From a virus, in IMG/VR virus record IMGVR_UViG_3300042197_004116, positions 11,464-75,463 of that record: a stretch of 64,000 nucleotides of DNA. One strand, 5' to 3'. Each line of letters starts with the position of its first letter. Positions within the stretch are counted from its first letter, which is position 1. Position numbers and translations under genes: made by a program. Below the pieces are notes generated by a model. It worked only from the letters and a program-made list of their open reading frames with translations, made no database searches and had not been told where the DNA came from. Shown one piece after another: positions 9,241 to 22,310 of the stretch.

Positions 9241-12200
9241 ATGCCCACCCCTCTCTTTAATTACATTTACATTGATGTAAAAGACTACACAAACAGACCT
9301 TCGCTTTCTACTTATACCTTAGATATAACCCCTCTCTATTTTTATCCTGATTTATCTACCTCTACAGTACTTTCTGGTGGTGCATACTTAGCAAATAAAA
9401 ATGTTAAGTGGGATTTTGGAGACGGTACACAATCCTATAGCATTACCGCTGAACATAGGTATAAATGGCCAGGTAAGTATAATGTTAATTTAACTGTTTA
9501 TGATAGTAAAGGAAATTCATATGAAAATATTTTTGTACCCAGGATAGATGTGTATAATGTAGTAGAAGATGATATTAATTTTAGAGATTACGGAAAATTT
9601 ATTTATGATGTTCCTGCAAGTAAAATTATAGACCCTCTTGTAGTACAAAGAACAAACAGTTTTCAAACATATGAAGCATTATCAGGTGGTAGCTATACAG
9701 TATTCTTATACGCTTCTGGTGCACTAGGTAGTTATATTGATTTGAACTCTTATTATAGTGACAAATATAGTCATTTAAGAAGTTTGTCAAGATTTTACGA
9801 AAAACAAATTATAGGCAACACTGAATCATTTACAATCGTTGATGCTGTAAGCACAATTGACACCAAAGTATTTGTTAGAATAGAAAATAATAGGCTTCAG
9901 CTATGCAAAGAGTCTGATCAAGGCTCTGTATTTGCAGGCACGACTGGTTATGCAGAAATTTATTATGTTGATGATAGAACTAAAAATTTCACTACAAGAG
10001 AAGCGCCAATTTTTGTTTTTGCATCTACTGATAGTTCAAAGTTTTATGATCAATATGTATACTTAAACAAAATTTATGAAAATGTAGAGCCACCACCTTA
10101 CAGCTTTCAAACCAATAAAGTTGCAGTACAGCCTATTATTAAAATACGACATAACCCTGCAAGTGAGCTATCAATTACAACAACAGGTATTGATGGTGAG
10201 GGCACTCTTAGCTCAACTAAATTTGATATTCCTAAAATAAGCTGGCAGTTTACAGAAATTCCTTTTGTTATAAAAATGAAGGATAATGAAAATTATACCA
10301 CCAGAACTTATCCAGAACTGTACTGCGGTAAAATAGACAATATTAACCCCTCTATATCTACATTTAATTTAAGCCTAGACTTGGTAGGACCAAGCGGTAG
10401 GATAAGTGATGTTTACTTTAACAATGATTTTAGTAATAGTATTCCTAGATCAATAGGTTCATTCTATAAAGGATATTTTGTACCTAAAACTTCATCTTTA
10501 AATTGTAAGCTAACAGCTGGTATGTTTATTATTGATCCTGTAAACTTTCCTAAGGATAGTTTGTTAGGGTGGATATGTGAACCAGACTACAAATTTTTAA
10601 AACGTATTTTTAGAACCGCTCTTTATGATACTTGTTTTGGATCAGTAACTTTCAATCTCTCTGGTAAGACAGGAGATTTTAGAACACCTAACAGTCCTAA
10701 TTCATATTGCGTTTCAGTTGCACCTTCAGGAGCAGGGTTTGGTAACGACTACCAATCATGGGTAGGTGATGGGTTTGTAGATAGAATTTATAAAATAGAT
10801 GTCTACGGTGAAGTTTTATCATCATACAACTTATCTGCATATCCAGTATCAGGTACTACATGGTCAGGACTTGTAGATTTAAGGTCACAGGAAATTTCAA
10901 GTGCTGCACCTAATAGTATTTGCTTAGATGGTAATAGTGATATATGGGTTTCACTATTTGATTCTGTATCAGCAATTAAATTGCAAGGGACAACCGGTAT
11001 ATGTTTAAGATCAGCATATCCTGATGCAATTAATATTGCTTATATTTTAAGTTCTACCTATACCTTACCTGAGTTGAGTGGATTCTCTGGTGAAAATTCT
11101 TTATTACCTGCTTCTATTGATACTGATCAACAGAATAATTTGTGGGTAGCCTATACACACCCAGTGAGCAATTTTCTAGTAAAATATGATACCTATGGTA
11201 CTATTCTAACTGCTGTTCCTTTACCAAGTTTAATTTCCCCAGTTGAACTTGTTGCAGATAGAGATGAATTTGTCTGGTTAACAGCCTTAAACAATTTAGT
11301 TAATCCTGTCAACATAAACGACAGAAATGATTTCTTGTACAAGTTCAACACATTTGGTAATATAGTTTCAGGATTTCCTCTTTCAGGGTTTAAATTAATT
11401 GGAAATATTACTGTTGATGGTAAACAAAACGCTTATGTAGCTCATTCACAAGAAACAATTACTAGAATTAAAAACGACACCGGTGAAAGAGTAGATTTTA
11501 TAGCAGGGGCGGGTAACAACGATACAAATTATATTTGTAGTATAGGTGGTATAGCTAGTGATACTGGGGAATATATTTGGGCTATTAATAATTTTGATAA
11601 TAGATTATACTTTTTTGATGTTATAAACATGAATGTACCAGTATTAACAGCATCAACGTACATAGATCTTCTTTTTCCCTTAGATACAGACCCTACAAAT
11701 CCTGTTTCAGGATTCTCTGAAAGAATCTTTCAAGCTTATGGAGATTGGAATGGATCAAGATGGATTAACAAATACATGGTTCCATATACAGTAACTAGAT
11801 ATGTATCTGGTGAATCAGCATTATTCAATATTTTTGAAAACACGGGTGTATATAATATACAAAAAATAAATGAAGATTTTGATGCTAATTCTTTCTATAA
11901 TAATTTAAGATATCAAGAAATATTAATAGATAGAAAAGCTTTTTTTGACGATTTTCTAGGCAATATAGTAGGCAAGAAGAATGCATTACCAGATTCACTA
12001 GGAAAAGTTGTATATGAAAAAATTTCTAATTTTACTAGTAATGTTGCAGATGTATTTACTTGCAATCTAGATCAGTTATTATCTTTTTGCTATGAATTAG
12101 GAGTACAGTTTGAGCAATATAATTACCCATTTCCACCAAAACTACAAAGGCTTGTTAATATGCTCAGTATCAAACACAAAAAACTATTTGGAGAACTTAA

Positions 12201-14934
12201 CAAGTTTAATTTAGATTTTAATAAAAAATTTACAATTAATCCTAAAATAGGTAAAAATTTAGGTACAGAACTATCTATTGTTTCTTCTATTATAACCCCA
12301 GGGGTACCAATTATTGCCAAAGAATTGTTCTCAGATACTTACAAATTAGTAAATTTCAATAATGTTTCACCTACAGATGTAAATGCTACTTATGGATTAA
12401 CAGCCACTAAACCTTTAAGTACATTTGAATATAACTGGAAATGGGGATTAGTAGCACCAAGAAGCATATCAGGAATAGAAATTGCAAATTACTATAAATT
12501 TTATACATTTATATCCAATACAAACGAGTTTTTAGAAATTTATAATAGTATAATCGATTTTAATAATCCTCAAAATCTTTTAAATTATTATGTCTCTTCT
12601 TATTCTGATTGGTCTAATAACAACGGTATAATGCAAAATGTTCTTAGTTATTCTCTAACTGATGGCTTAGATTTATTTGTTGACCCTACAACTTTACCTA
12701 CACCTACCCCGACTCCCATACCTTGTGGAGAAGTAATTTCTATTGACGGTCAATCATTTGTCCCTAACTGCTTTAATGGTACATATACAGTTTTAAGCTC
12801 TGTTTCTTCTTTCAGATTCTATGTAAGCAGCAGTGAATTTGTTGATATATTACATGCTTATGATATAAATAGTTTTCAAAATTGTTATTTGTCTGGATAT
12901 AATTTTAATAACATGTTACCTTACGGGGACGACTTTACATATATTTCAGATAACTTAATATTATCATCTGTTAATTCTTATTACTCACTTTTCTATGCAG
13001 GAACAGGTTCTTCTATAATAGAGTATCAAACCCTACAATTTGCACCTACACCTACTCCTACGCCTACCCCTACTATTACCCCTACGCCTACTATTTCACC
13101 AACACCTACCATAACACCTACTCCTACACAAACTATCACACCCACTCCTTCTCCTACACCTACTGCAACTCCTCAACCTACTGCAACACCTCAACCCACA
13201 CCAACTTCTACACCAACAGTAACCCCAACTATAACACCTACTCCAACTATTACACCTACACCCACTATAACTCCTACTCCAACCCCTACCATTACACCTA
13301 CGCCAACTATTACTCCTACCCCAGGTCCTACCTCTACCCCTACAGTGACTCCCACGAGAACACCCACACCTACACCCACACATACTCCAACTAGAACACC
13401 TACCCCCACTCCCACACCTTTATTACCTCTTTATTATGATTCTGGTGATAACTATTCAACAACATGGACAACTGGTTCAAATGGTGGAGTAGGCTTCCAA
13501 CCTTGGGTATTATATACAAGCGTTGGTGCAGGACAAGCAGGCTTCTTTATAGCTAATCCAACTTTAGTAGGTTATACAGGACTAGGTACTAAAGCATGGG
13601 GTATAAGTGCTTTCCCTTCTGGCACTCCTGGTAACTTTGCTGATGCTGAAAGACCGCTATTATTAACACCGCTAGGTACTGGTTGCGCTTTATCCGGTCA
13701 AGTTGGTGTATGGTTTGGTAATGGAAGCAAAGGATTAACTGTTTATGCTAATAATGCGTTTGGTCCTGAAGATGCAATCCTTAACTTTAATGTAACTGGC
13801 AGTACAAGCTACTTTATACAAAATAGTGCTACAGGTTTTTCTTATTCTCCAAATTCAGTATTTGATTTCTTAGTCTACCAAGGTTCAAACTTTGTAGAAT
13901 TGTATATAACCAGAGGAGGAACAACATTTAGCAAACGCGTCTCAGGATCTTCAAACGGTGGAGTAGGTGTTACTGGTATAAAATTCTATTGTAATAATAC
14001 TGACAGTGATATTCCAGAAAATGCACTTTATATAAACAATTTAGCTTATACTACACAACCACTTCCACCAACACCCACACCTACTAGCACTCCAACTATT
14101 ACACCTACACCTACTAGAACCCCTACACCCACACCAACAATATCTCCAACACCCACCAGCACTCCTACAATTACACCCACTCCAACCATTACCCCAACAC
14201 CGACTATTTCACCAACACCAACTATAACACCTACACCAACTATAACACCTACACCAACACCATTTGGCGATGTAGCTAGTAATTATACTCTTGCTACTTG
14301 GATTAACGGGTCAAATGGCGGAACAGGTTTTGGTACATGGAATCTTTTTGGTGAAAGCATATCAGACCCTGAAGCTGGTAAAAATATAACCACCACACCA
14401 GTAGTATTTGGTAATATAGGATCTACAGTTTTTGCCATGTCAGGCGAAACTACTAGCTATATGAACGGCATTAGAAATCTAGGCTCAGTTTTAAATGTTA
14501 ATAGCGTATTTTCATGTGAAATGGCTGTAAACTTCCGTAACGGCAATAAAGGTGTTGATCTACGCAACACACCTGGTGATACTATAGCCAACATTAATAT
14601 TGGGGGAAATACTTTTACACTCTCTGCTGTTGGTATTCCATCTAGTATTGATTTAGGGTTAGCACCGTATAATTGGCAATATTATGCAAATTGTGTTATT
14701 GGTGTAAGTGCACAAAGAACCAATATTTCTAATACCTTTGCGTTATCAGTAGTACAATACTCAGGTGGCTCAATTGTCAATACACCATATATAGGTATAT
14801 TAAATCTACAAAGTAATTTAGCAGGATTTAAATTCTACTGTGGTGGTACTGATTTAAACCCAGGGTATGATCAAAGAAACAATGATTTATATTTTAATAG
14901 ACTCTTTGTTACTTCTAGACCTCAACTATATTAA
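9241..14934 (+). CDS. Large virion protein: PKD domain, beta-propeller repeats, PT stalks, two copies of a C-terminal beta domain
   Basis: WDFGDG...[17 protein letters not shown] (PKD); repeated D-x-x-x-x-[IL]-WV blades; PT tracts. Confidence 0.75.
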   Translation: MPTPLFNYIYIDVKDYTNRPSLSTYTLDITPLYFYPDLSTSTVLSGGAYLANKNVKWDFGDGTQSYSITAEHRYKWPGKYNVNLTVYDSKGNSYENIFVPRIDVYNVVEDDINFRDYGKFIYDVPASKIIDPLVVQRTNSFQTYEALSGGSYTVFLYASGALGSYIDLNSYYSDKYSHLRSLSRFYEKQIIGNTESFTIVDAVSTIDTKVFVRIENNRLQLCKESDQGSVFAGTTGYAEIYYVDDRTKNFTTREAPIFVFASTDSSKFYDQYVYLNKIYENVEPPPYSFQTNKVAVQPIIKIRHNPASELSITTTGIDGEGTLSSTKFDIPKISWQFTEIPFVIKMKDNENYTTRTYPELYCGKIDNINPSISTFNLSLDLVGPSGRISDVYFNNDFSNSIPRSIGSFYKGYFVPKTSSLNCKLTAGMFIIDPVNFPKDSLLGWICEPDYKFLKRIFRTALYDTCFGSVTFNLSGKTGDFRTPNSPNSYCVSVAPSGAGFGNDYQSWVGDGFVDRIYKIDVYGEVLSSYNLSAYPVSGTTWSGLVDLRSQEISSAAPNSICLDGNSDIWVSLFDSVSAIKLQGTTGICLRSAYPDAINIAYILSSTYTLPELSGFSGENSLLPASIDTDQQNNLWVAYTHPVSNFLVKYDTYGTILTAVPLPSLISPVELVADRDEFVWLTALNNLVNPVNINDRNDFLYKFNTFGNIVSGFPLSGFKLIGNITVDGKQNAYVAHSQETITRIKNDTGERVDFIAGAGNNDTNYICSIGGIASDTGEYIWAINNFDNRLYFFDVINMNVPVLTASTYIDLLFPLDTDPTNPVSGFSERIFQAYGDWNGSRWINKYMVPYTVTRYVSGESALFNIFENTGVYNIQKINEDFDANSFYNNLRYQEILIDRKAFFDDFLGNIVGKKNALPDSLGKVVYEKISNFTSNVADVFTCNLDQLLSFCYELGVQFEQYNYPFPPKLQRLVNMLSIKHKKLFGELNKFNLDFNKKFTINPKIGKNLGTELSIVSSIITPGVPIIAKELFSDTYKLVNFNNVSPTDVNATYGLTATKPLSTFEYNWKWGLVAPRSISGIEIANYYKFYTFISNTNEFLEIYNSIIDFNNPQNLLNYYVSSYSDWSNNNGIMQNVLSYSLTDGLDLFVDPTTLPTPTPTPIPCGEVISIDGQSFVPNCFNGTYTVLSSVSSFRFYVSSSEFVDILHAYDINSFQNCYLSGYNFNNMLPYGDDFTYISDNLILSSVNSYYSLFYAGTGSSIIEYQTLQFAPTPTPTPTPTITPTPTISPTPTITPTPTQTITPTPSPTPTATPQPTATPQPTPTSTPTVTPTITPTPTITPTPTITPTPTPTITPTPTITPTPGPTSTPTVTPTRTPTPTPTHTPTRTPTPTPTPLLPLYYDSGDNYSTTWTTGSNGGVGFQPWVLYTSVGAGQAGFFIANPTLVGYTGLGTKAWGISAFPSGTPGNFADAERPLLLTPLGTGCALSGQVGVWFGNGSKGLTVYANNAFGPEDAILNFNVTGSTSYFIQNSATGFSYSPNSVFDFLVYQGSNFVELYITRGGTTFSKRVSGSSNGGVGVTGIKFYCNNTDSDIPENALYINNLAYTTQPLPPTPTPTSTPTITPTPTRTPTPTPTISPTPTSTPTITPTPTITPTPTISPTPTITPTPTITPTPTPFGDVASNYTLATWINGSNGGTGFGTWNLFGESISDPEAGKNITTTPVVFGNIGSTVFAMSGETTSYMNGIRNLGSVLNVNSVFSCEMAVNFRNGNKGVDLRNTPGDTIANINIGGNTFTLSAVGIPSSIDLGLAPYNWQYYANCVIGVSAQRTNISNTFALSVVQYSGGSIVNTPYIGILNLQSNLAGFKFYCGGTDLNPGYDQRNNDLYFNRLFVTSRPQLY
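13045..13419 (+). repeat. Pro-Thr repeat tract
   Basis: About 125 codons of [10 protein letters not shown] with degenerate codons. Confidence 0.95.
14065..14262 (+). repeat. Pro-Thr repeat tract
   Basis: Separates the two duplicated C-terminal domains. Confidence 0.95.
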
Positions 14935-14970
14935 AACTTTGTAATATATTAATTTAAATTAAATACTTTA

Positions 14971-17900
14971 ATGGCTAATATTACCAGGTTTATAGATGAA
15001 AAGCTTCCTAATTCTATAACATCTACAAATACTGATTTATTAGATAAAAATCACCCTTTTTCTTTTGTTAGATGGATAGAATACAATAAAATCTTATTTA
15101 CGGACATATCCGATTTATTAACTAGGTATAAAATATATGTACAAAACTGGTATAAACAAAAAGAGGAAGTACCTGTAGCTGATTATATAGAAGTTAGAGA
15201 TCTCTATATCAATCTCTTAAATGAAATTATAATAAATTACTCTACTGCTGATGAGAGAAGGTTTTTAAAGAATATAGATACAAGTGATAAAAGAGATTTA
15301 GCAGTAGCAGTACCTTTCTTTTCTGAAAAGATTAAAGATATTTGCTTATATTATTCCACTTTAAGAGATAAACTACCTAACACAGTTGTTGAGTATAATT
15401 TAAAAGGAAGTAATTTTGGACTACAGAGTTTAATTTATAATGAAATTTCAAAAGCGTTGGAAGCACAAGATCTAACAGATTTAATTAAATCACTCAACCT
15501 GTCAGTTTCTGCTGTTAGAAACAACACTACCATTGAAATAGAAGAGTTTTATGATGAAACCAGAAACTATCTAGACCTTGGAACTCTACCTCCCTCGGCT
15601 TATGGTGTTGATACCGGAACACGTAAAGAGTTTTACAATATTAATACTTACGATATACAGCCTGACCTGTTTATAGATTTTGATAGAGAAATTATAGATG
15701 CAATTAAAGCATACCCGTTTTACCTTATAGAATTAGGAGATAATAATTTTAGTGTAAATGTAACTACTACAAGCAATGATTTACAATTTTTAAAAGACAA
15801 AGATTTTCAAAACTTAATTAACAATAATGATAGAAACAATCTTTCATTAAACTTACAATCTGAACTTACTCAAAAATATATGGGTACAGATTTTTACTAC
15901 ATCTCTACTGGTAGTACAGGCAATGAATATGTTTCAGGTCTTTTATTTGAAGCAGATAGTCCTTTTGCAAACTATTTAAATAAAAACACCCCTACTGTAG
16001 CTGCCATAGTAAATGAACAAAATACTAAATCTCCTGAGCAAATAGGATTATTCTTTAAACCAGATAAGATAGGCCTTTTAACATTTGCAAATTTTAGCTT
16101 TACGTACTCTCTCAGTACAGAAAATTTATCTAGCAATTCTCTTTATATTTTTCCTGATCCTAATTTATATGGTAAGGTATCAGGTGGTACAAGACAAGAG
16201 CAACCTTCTCCACTAACTTTTACTTCTGATAATAATGCAGTAAAATATGATTTAGCTGATGGATATAAATTTGGTGAAGTTGTTTCTGATCCATTATTAC
16301 CAACATATAGAGGGTATCAAAGCAGAGAACAAACATTACTCTATTCTAATCAAGGGGTTTCAAGATATATAGATCCTCAAGACTTTTTTACAGGCATTAA
16401 GAAAAACTTATGGGCTAACCCAGATGTTTACCCTCTTATTCCAGAAATAGAATTTCCATTAGATAAAAGAATACAAACTCTTTTACCTCTTAATAATAAG
16501 ACGTTAGTTCAACACAAAAGTGATATTTACGGAAATGATTATGGGTTATATAAGATTATTGCCCCTCCAGTAGACACTATTAAATCTGTAGATGCATTAG
16601 AGGAAGCTATAAGACTCTCCTACTACAATTGCTTGATAGTGGATGGTTATAAGTTTTTTGACCCTGTTTACGGTTATAATTTTGATTTTGTGAATAATGT
16701 ACCTGGAGAAGGGTATACATATACAGGTGTAATCTTGAGAACATCTACTGCAGTACCTCCTGGCACAGGCTACTATCTTTTTGGATCTAATCTTTGGACA
16801 CCCTCACCATTAAGTGCTTCTCTCTACAATAATGGAGTACCTAGCTTCTTAACTCCTATTCCTACTGTCATAGCCTCTTACGGTATGAGCGTTGAATCAT
16901 TTTGTAAAGACTATCTTAAATCAAGTTTTGTATGTAATATAAGAGATGGATTTACTTTTGTATCTTCTGCATCTAGCTTATTGCCAGATTTTCCCTCAGA
17001 TAATATTGAATTTAATTCTAATATTCAGGTTTATTATGATATTTTAGCTGATGCAGGTTTAAACCCTCAGGGCCCTAGTTATAGAGCTAACAATGCATTT
17101 GAAGGTACATTTATCTTTCCACCACCTTTAAGTACTACTGTTTATGATTGTAGTTATTTTGTCGTAAGTAGTTTTTCTGAAGTTGATGAGCCTTGTGATG
17201 ATAGTTTTGTTAATAAGTCAAGTCTATTCTTAAGCAATTATTATGATAACAGAATTTTTAACTTTAGTATGACAGAACCTGATTTAACACCCTATCCAAA
17301 CGTACCTAAAAAGACTATCTACCAAGTACGTAATAGTGGGTATGGTGATTTTTATTTCAGAAATTCAAATTCTTCTATTGTTGCACCAGTATCCTCTGCG
17401 CTTTCTGCTACTTTTATAAAATATAATAACACGGTTAAGAATGAAATCTTTACCAAGCTAATAAACTTTGATATGTATTATGATACCGTTCTATATGAAA
17501 CTGAAAACTTTGTAATATTTGACAGATTTAGCTTTAATTATGATACTAATACTATTGAACCTTCTCCTTTTAATGACCTGTATGTAGAAAGGGGAGGTAA
17601 TAAACAGTTTGAAAAACTATCTACAGTTTGGTTTAATGAGAAAAATAATGAATTAATTTTTGCTAAAACAACCCTTTACTACTTGAACAGCACCACTAAC
17701 TTTAAGATTGTATATCCAACAGTATACTCCTTTGATTTAAGTAAAAGCACATTAAAGAAAATCTACCCAACCAACGCTCTTAGCTTAGAGGAACTAATGT
17801 CATTTAGCTTATCTGGAACAAATCTTAATATTGATTTTACCCATATTGATAAGCCTATTATTACCTATAGTAGTGATACTAATCTTTACACTCTAACCTA

Positions 17901-18123
17901 TGTGGCTAGAGATACTTCTGACTTATTCTATATCTTTATTACTACCTTCAAATATTTAAATGGGGTATTAAGTAACATAAGAAATATTATGTATAAACCG
18001 GATATAGATATTATTCATAATAATTTTAGTAACCCAGAAGGTTTCTTTAACTATAACACCTATAACATAGCTGGTAGTAGTGCAGGAACAGTAGCGGAGG
18101 GCGAGTTTATCTTCGCAATTTAA
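14971..18123 (+). CDS. Large structural protein, baseplate-associated
   Basis: 1050-aa ORF in the structural run; TAAATA 5 nt before the ATG. Confidence 0.6.
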   Translation: MANITRFIDEKLPNSITSTNTDLLDKNHPFSFVRWIEYNKILFTDISDLLTRYKIYVQNWYKQKEEVPVADYIEVRDLYINLLNEIIINYSTADERRFLKNIDTSDKRDLAVAVPFFSEKIKDICLYYSTLRDKLPNTVVEYNLKGSNFGLQSLIYNEISKALEAQDLTDLIKSLNLSVSAVRNNTTIEIEEFYDETRNYLDLGTLPPSAYGVDTGTRKEFYNINTYDIQPDLFIDFDREIIDAIKAYPFYLIELGDNNFSVNVTTTSNDLQFLKDKDFQNLINNNDRNNLSLNLQSELTQKYMGTDFYYISTGSTGNEYVSGLLFEADSPFANYLNKNTPTVAAIVNEQNTKSPEQIGLFFKPDKIGLLTFANFSFTYSLSTENLSSNSLYIFPDPNLYGKVSGGTRQEQPSPLTFTSDNNAVKYDLADGYKFGEVVSDPLLPTYRGYQSREQTLLYSNQGVSRYIDPQDFFTGIKKNLWANPDVYPLIPEIEFPLDKRIQTLLPLNNKTLVQHKSDIYGNDYGLYKIIAPPVDTIKSVDALEEAIRLSYYNCLIVDGYKFFDPVYGYNFDFVNNVPGEGYTYTGVILRTSTAVPPGTGYYLFGSNLWTPSPLSASLYNNGVPSFLTPIPTVIASYGMSVESFCKDYLKSSFVCNIRDGFTFVSSASSLLPDFPSDNIEFNSNIQVYYDILADAGLNPQGPSYRANNAFEGTFIFPPPLSTTVYDCSYFVVSSFSEVDEPCDDSFVNKSSLFLSNYYDNRIFNFSMTEPDLTPYPNVPKKTIYQVRNSGYGDFYFRNSNSSIVAPVSSALSATFIKYNNTVKNEIFTKLINFDMYYDTVLYETENFVIFDRFSFNYDTNTIEPSPFNDLYVERGGNKQFEKLSTVWFNEKNNELIFAKTTLYYLNSTTNFKIVYPTVYSFDLSKSTLKKIYPTNALSLEELMSFSLSGTNLNIDFTHIDKPIITYSSDTNLYTLTYVARDTSDLFYIFITTFKYLNGVLSNIRNIMYKPDIDIIHNNFSNPEGFFNYNTYNIAGSSAGTVAEGEFIFAI

Positions 18124-18125
18124 TT

Positions 18126-21100
18126 ATGGCATTTGTATTAGCAGCAACAAACACCTTTTCAACCGGGTTAACCTCAGTATCAGCTTTCTTTTTACCTACA
18201 GGTCATGGGACAGGTAACCATATAAATTTTCTCTCAGGTACAGAATATTTTACAACAGGCAATCAATATACTGTTGGTAACTCATTGTATATAGAAGATA
18301 CTTCTCCCAAGATTAACGATGTTTTAAATATTTACTATGGTCTTTTTTCTCGTGGTAGTGATTCCTTAGCACAGACTATTAATTTTGGTCTTTTCCCTCA
18401 ACTTTCAGGCATAGGAGCAGAAGGTGTACAAAATGTACAGATAGTAGATTTGAGAAGCAATCCCCGATTTAGAAATTACACTGGATGGGGTGGCGGGGGA
18501 CTTAAAACCTTATTAATCGACAACCTGCAAAACATACAAGGTATTGATACAAGACAAAGTCAAGTAAGAGAAATTAATTTATCAGGAACAGTTGCAGGCA
18601 GTATTAATGTAAGTGATTCACAATTATCTGCTTTTTCTATGTCAGGGTTTATTACAAATATGTATGCTGGTATGAATTTGTGGAATGCCAGGTATGTTGA
18701 TTTTAAAGACTGTTCAGTTTCCTTTTTAACAGGAGTAAACGTTTTAAGTTTTAATAGATGGAACAATTTTTCAGGTATTACTAATAGACGGTTAACATCT
18801 GTTAACCTAACAGGCCCTCTAAGCTCAATTACAAGATTAAGTGTAGCTCAAAACCAACTTACATCTGTTGAAATACCTTTTCTACCAACTCTTAAAGACT
18901 TATATCTAGGAGATGTTGGCTTAAGAATAGAAGGATGCCCACCAACAGCTCAAAACACTCTACCAGCTAATAAAATTATTTTTAATTCACTTACAGGGGT
19001 AGAAACTCTTGAATTAGCAGGTATTGGACCTATGAGCGGTATAAACTGTATCACTGGTATTAGCCAGCTTTCAAGTTTAAAAACTCTAGACATCAGTCGT
19101 AATTATGAAACAATTGGTGGGGTAAGTTTTAGGGATTTAGATTTATTTGAAATACCAAGTAGACAACTTTATTACTTGATAGCTACTGACAACTATAACT
19201 TAACTGCAATTAATTTTGGTTCACATACCTTTGATATTACTAATTCATATATATCGCTTAACAATAATTTCAATCTCCCGTCCCTAAATTTATCACCTCT
19301 TACAGGTGTACATTCAATAGATATAACAGGATGTTCGCTTTTAAACGAAAGTAACATAACATGGCCTTCACCTATCAATAAGGTTACTTCTCTTTATTGC
19401 ACTAACACAGATATAAGAAATTTAGATACAACACTCATACCTTTAAATTTAATAATTTTCTCTTATACAGGCTCCGGTTTACTTTCATCTCTCAATCTTG
19501 ATCAATGCTCAAGAATGCTTTTCTTTACTCTAATAAATTCAGGTGTAGAAACACTAAGTCTCTCTAGCTTATCAGCAGCCCAAGATTTTACATTAGACAA
19601 TAATGATAAACTATTAAACTTAGATTTTTTAAAAAATATAGGTCTTACTAAACTTAGACTTACAAACCATAACGCCCTCTCCGCTCTAACTAATACCAGT
19701 TCATTAACATCTTTACAAGAATTAATTATCACAGGCAATGGAAAGATAGGCACTATTGATTTAAAGGGATTAAGTGCTCTAAAAACACTAACAATTACTA
19801 CAAATACACTTCTCTCTTCACTAGATACTGATTTTAGATTTCCTAACCTAACTGGCATTAACTGGCAAGCAGATAATCCTAGCCTTTCAACAATTGAAAT
19901 TAAAAACTCTCCACTTTTTAGAGAAGTAGATATAAGAACAAATGCCCACTATTTAAATTTTGATAACAACCCTCAATTACGCAATTTATATATAAATCAA
20001 ACTTCTCTTTCAAGGTTAAGCTCTTTCAATATAATTAATGCACCTTCTTTACTTGGTATAAGAATTAATCCTGGTATTACACTTGCTTTTAATACTGAAA
20101 CATTTGACTCGCTTTCATTGACAAGCACAAACCTAGTAAGAAGTGTACGTACCAACTCTACTGCTCTTACTAGCTTAAAATTTTTAAACGAAACACCAGC
20201 CATACAAGAACTTTCTGTAACTAATGATTCTTTTATAAACAGAAATATAGTAAGTAATATTTCAGAAACTACTAAACCCGCATTAACAAGTATATTATTT
20301 TCTACAGCACCAAACATAGCTAATATTGATAATATTAATTTTGCTAACCTAACTAATTTAAAATCAGTAACATTTTCAAACTGTGGCTTATCCTCAATAA
20401 ATCATATTTTACAAAATTTACAGAATAAGGATCAAATCACTGAATTAGTTTTTAGCAGTAATAATATAGGTCAAAACCAAGGCTTAAATCTCTCAGTTAA
20501 TGGCTATCTTTTATCTTCTTATAGTAGATTACAAACATTAAATTTTCAAAGCAATAGAGGCAGTTATGTTGATTGGGATTCAGTAATTTATGGGTTATGT
20601 GCTAATTCTGACTTTGGAAGATTTGGAAGCTGTACAATTAATACTGCAGGTGGAACTCAAAGAAATACAACTCGATCAAGAGCAACTAATGCAGAATATT
20701 TTACTCTAACCGGTAGATTTGCACAATACGGCAATGGATTAAATGCAGGTTCAGGTAATATTACCCCTTCTGTAAGAGCTAGACCTACATTAAACAGCTC
20801 TTCACCCCTTTCAATACAATACACACAAACAGGGGCAGTAATACCAGATGCAAGGTATTTAAATAAGCCAGTAACAACCTACACTAGAGTCGTAAGTGGA
20901 CCCGGTGTACTTGTTTCTCCAACAATAGTACAAGCAACTTCTTCTAACGGTACTATTACAGTACTTTTAAGTACTATTAATGATAATATTGACCTAACAC
21001 AAAATAATGGATTTTTTACAGGCTATTATGCTTCTGTTTCATCTTACGTTCACATACCTCTCACCAAATTAGATATATCTAACAGTATTTCCTTTACCGG

Positions 21101-22310
21101 TCTTAACAGAGTATACTCCGGCGGAGTAGTACCTGCATCTTCTTTTGCTGTCGGTTATCCTTCACTCACGATAAACAACTATTATTTTTATGAAAATGAT
21201 CTTACAACACCTGTTTCACCAATCAACGCAGGCTTTTATACAGTAAGCGCAGTAATAGTGGATGATTTATATGAAGGTTCAGCTACCGCCCAACTTTCAG
21301 TATTAGACCCTACTAATTATTATACCTACCCTGCTTCTGCTACCAGCAGTACAATTTATTTTAATAAGTTCTGTGATACTAATAATGATATTGTGGTTTC
21401 TTTTGACTATGCATGCTTTGGTCAAGAATTAACTGGCACAGAAGGCTTCTGTGTTATGTTTGGAGATAATACACAATTCTTTACCCCCATCTCTGGTGGA
21501 GGAGCAGGAAGAGCGTTAGGCTATACTTACCTTAACTTACTATCAGTAGATAATGGTTTCTTTTCTTTTATAAGCAACCCTGAGAGATATAAAGGGGTAT
21601 TAGGAATAGGGTTTGATTTAGCAGGTAATTATGGTGTTTCAGGACTAGGAATAGAAGGATTTTCAGACCGCAAAGAAAATAGTATTTGTATAAGAAGCCA
21701 GTATTTAAGTAGCTTTAAACCATACTACCGTTCTGAAAATCTTTCAGTTTCAGGGTTTAAATTATACCAATATAATCCAGATCCTATTATCTACCCTGTT
21801 GAATATAAATCAGTAAGAGTAAGAGCTACAAATTTTGGTAAACAAATTATTGTTGACTTAAAGAAAAAAGAAGAAACTGAATATACCAATTATGTTAATG
21901 CTACTCTACCAGCTAATTTACCAGAAATTGTAAATGTAGGTTTAAACTTTAGTTCAGGTTCTAATAATCCTACATTCCGTATTAAAAACTTTAATTTAAA
22001 TTGCTTCCAAAGAGCAGTTACCGCCACTCCTTTTGACTTGTTTAATTGTTATTACCTTGGACCAGGTGTAGTAGGTGGTGGAGGTATTACCTTTACCACA
22101 GAATACAGTTATTATTTCTTCCACAGCTGTAGTGTGGTAACCGGATTACCTGCTTCTATGGATTTGTATGTTGATAACGTGTTTATTGGAAATGTACTAT
22201 ATGATTCTTCTTTTATTGGAGCTAAATTTGCCTTATTAAACAAAGATGCCACTGTATATGAAACTATATACGGTAACTTCTTAAGTGGAGCTAATTATCT
22301 GTATGGTTAA
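18126..22310 (+). CDS. Leucine-rich-repeat protein with MBG-like and L-type-lectin-like C-terminal domains
   Basis: Many LxxLxL repeats; [20 protein letters not shown]; EGFCVMF...[10 protein letters not shown]...[11 protein letters not shown]. Confidence 0.7.
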   Translation: MAFVLAATNTFSTGLTSVSAFFLPTGHGTGNHINFLSGTEYFTTGNQYTVGNSLYIEDTSPKINDVLNIYYGLFSRGSDSLAQTINFGLFPQLSGIGAEGVQNVQIVDLRSNPRFRNYTGWGGGGLKTLLIDNLQNIQGIDTRQSQVREINLSGTVAGSINVSDSQLSAFSMSGFITNMYAGMNLWNARYVDFKDCSVSFLTGVNVLSFNRWNNFSGITNRRLTSVNLTGPLSSITRLSVAQNQLTSVEIPFLPTLKDLYLGDVGLRIEGCPPTAQNTLPANKIIFNSLTGVETLELAGIGPMSGINCITGISQLSSLKTLDISRNYETIGGVSFRDLDLFEIPSRQLYYLIATDNYNLTAINFGSHTFDITNSYISLNNNFNLPSLNLSPLTGVHSIDITGCSLLNESNITWPSPINKVTSLYCTNTDIRNLDTTLIPLNLIIFSYTGSGLLSSLNLDQCSRMLFFTLINSGVETLSLSSLSAAQDFTLDNNDKLLNLDFLKNIGLTKLRLTNHNALSALTNTSSLTSLQELIITGNGKIGTIDLKGLSALKTLTITTNTLLSSLDTDFRFPNLTGINWQADNPSLSTIEIKNSPLFREVDIRTNAHYLNFDNNPQLRNLYINQTSLSRLSSFNIINAPSLLGIRINPGITLAFNTETFDSLSLTSTNLVRSVRTNSTALTSLKFLNETPAIQELSVTNDSFINRNIVSNISETTKPALTSILFSTAPNIANIDNINFANLTNLKSVTFSNCGLSSINHILQNLQNKDQITELVFSSNNIGQNQGLNLSVNGYLLSSYSRLQTLNFQSNRGSYVDWDSVIYGLCANSDFGRFGSCTINTAGGTQRNTTRSRATNAEYFTLTGRFAQYGNGLNAGSGNITPSVRARPTLNSSSPLSIQYTQTGAVIPDARYLNKPVTTYTRVVSGPGVLVSPTIVQATSSNGTITVLLSTINDNIDLTQNNGFFTGYYASVSSYVHIPLTKLDISNSISFTGLNRVYSGGVVPASSFAVGYPSLTINNYYFYENDLTTPVSPINAGFYTVSAVIVDDLYEGSATAQLSVLDPTNYYTYPASATSSTIYFNKFCDTNNDIVVSFDYACFGQELTGTEGFCVMFGDNTQFFTPISGGGAGRALGYTYLNLLSVDNGFFSFISNPERYKGVLGIGFDLAGNYGVSGLGIEGFSDRKENSICIRSQYLSSFKPYYRSENLSVSGFKLYQYNPDPIIYPVEYKSVRVRATNFGKQIIVDLKKKEETEYTNYVNATLPANLPEIVNVGLNFSSGSNNPTFRIKNFNLNCFQRAVTATPFDLFNCYYLGPGVVGGGGITFTTEYSYYFFHSCSVVTGLPASMDLYVDNVFIGNVLYDSSFIGAKFALLNKDATVYETIYGNFLSGANYLYG

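Noticed and set aside
13096-13415. Minus-strand VGVGV and CRC-rich ORFs (also 24627..25256, 25939..26238, 33672..33992)
   Set aside because: Antisense shadows of Pro-Thr codons, which rarely give stops on the reverse strand
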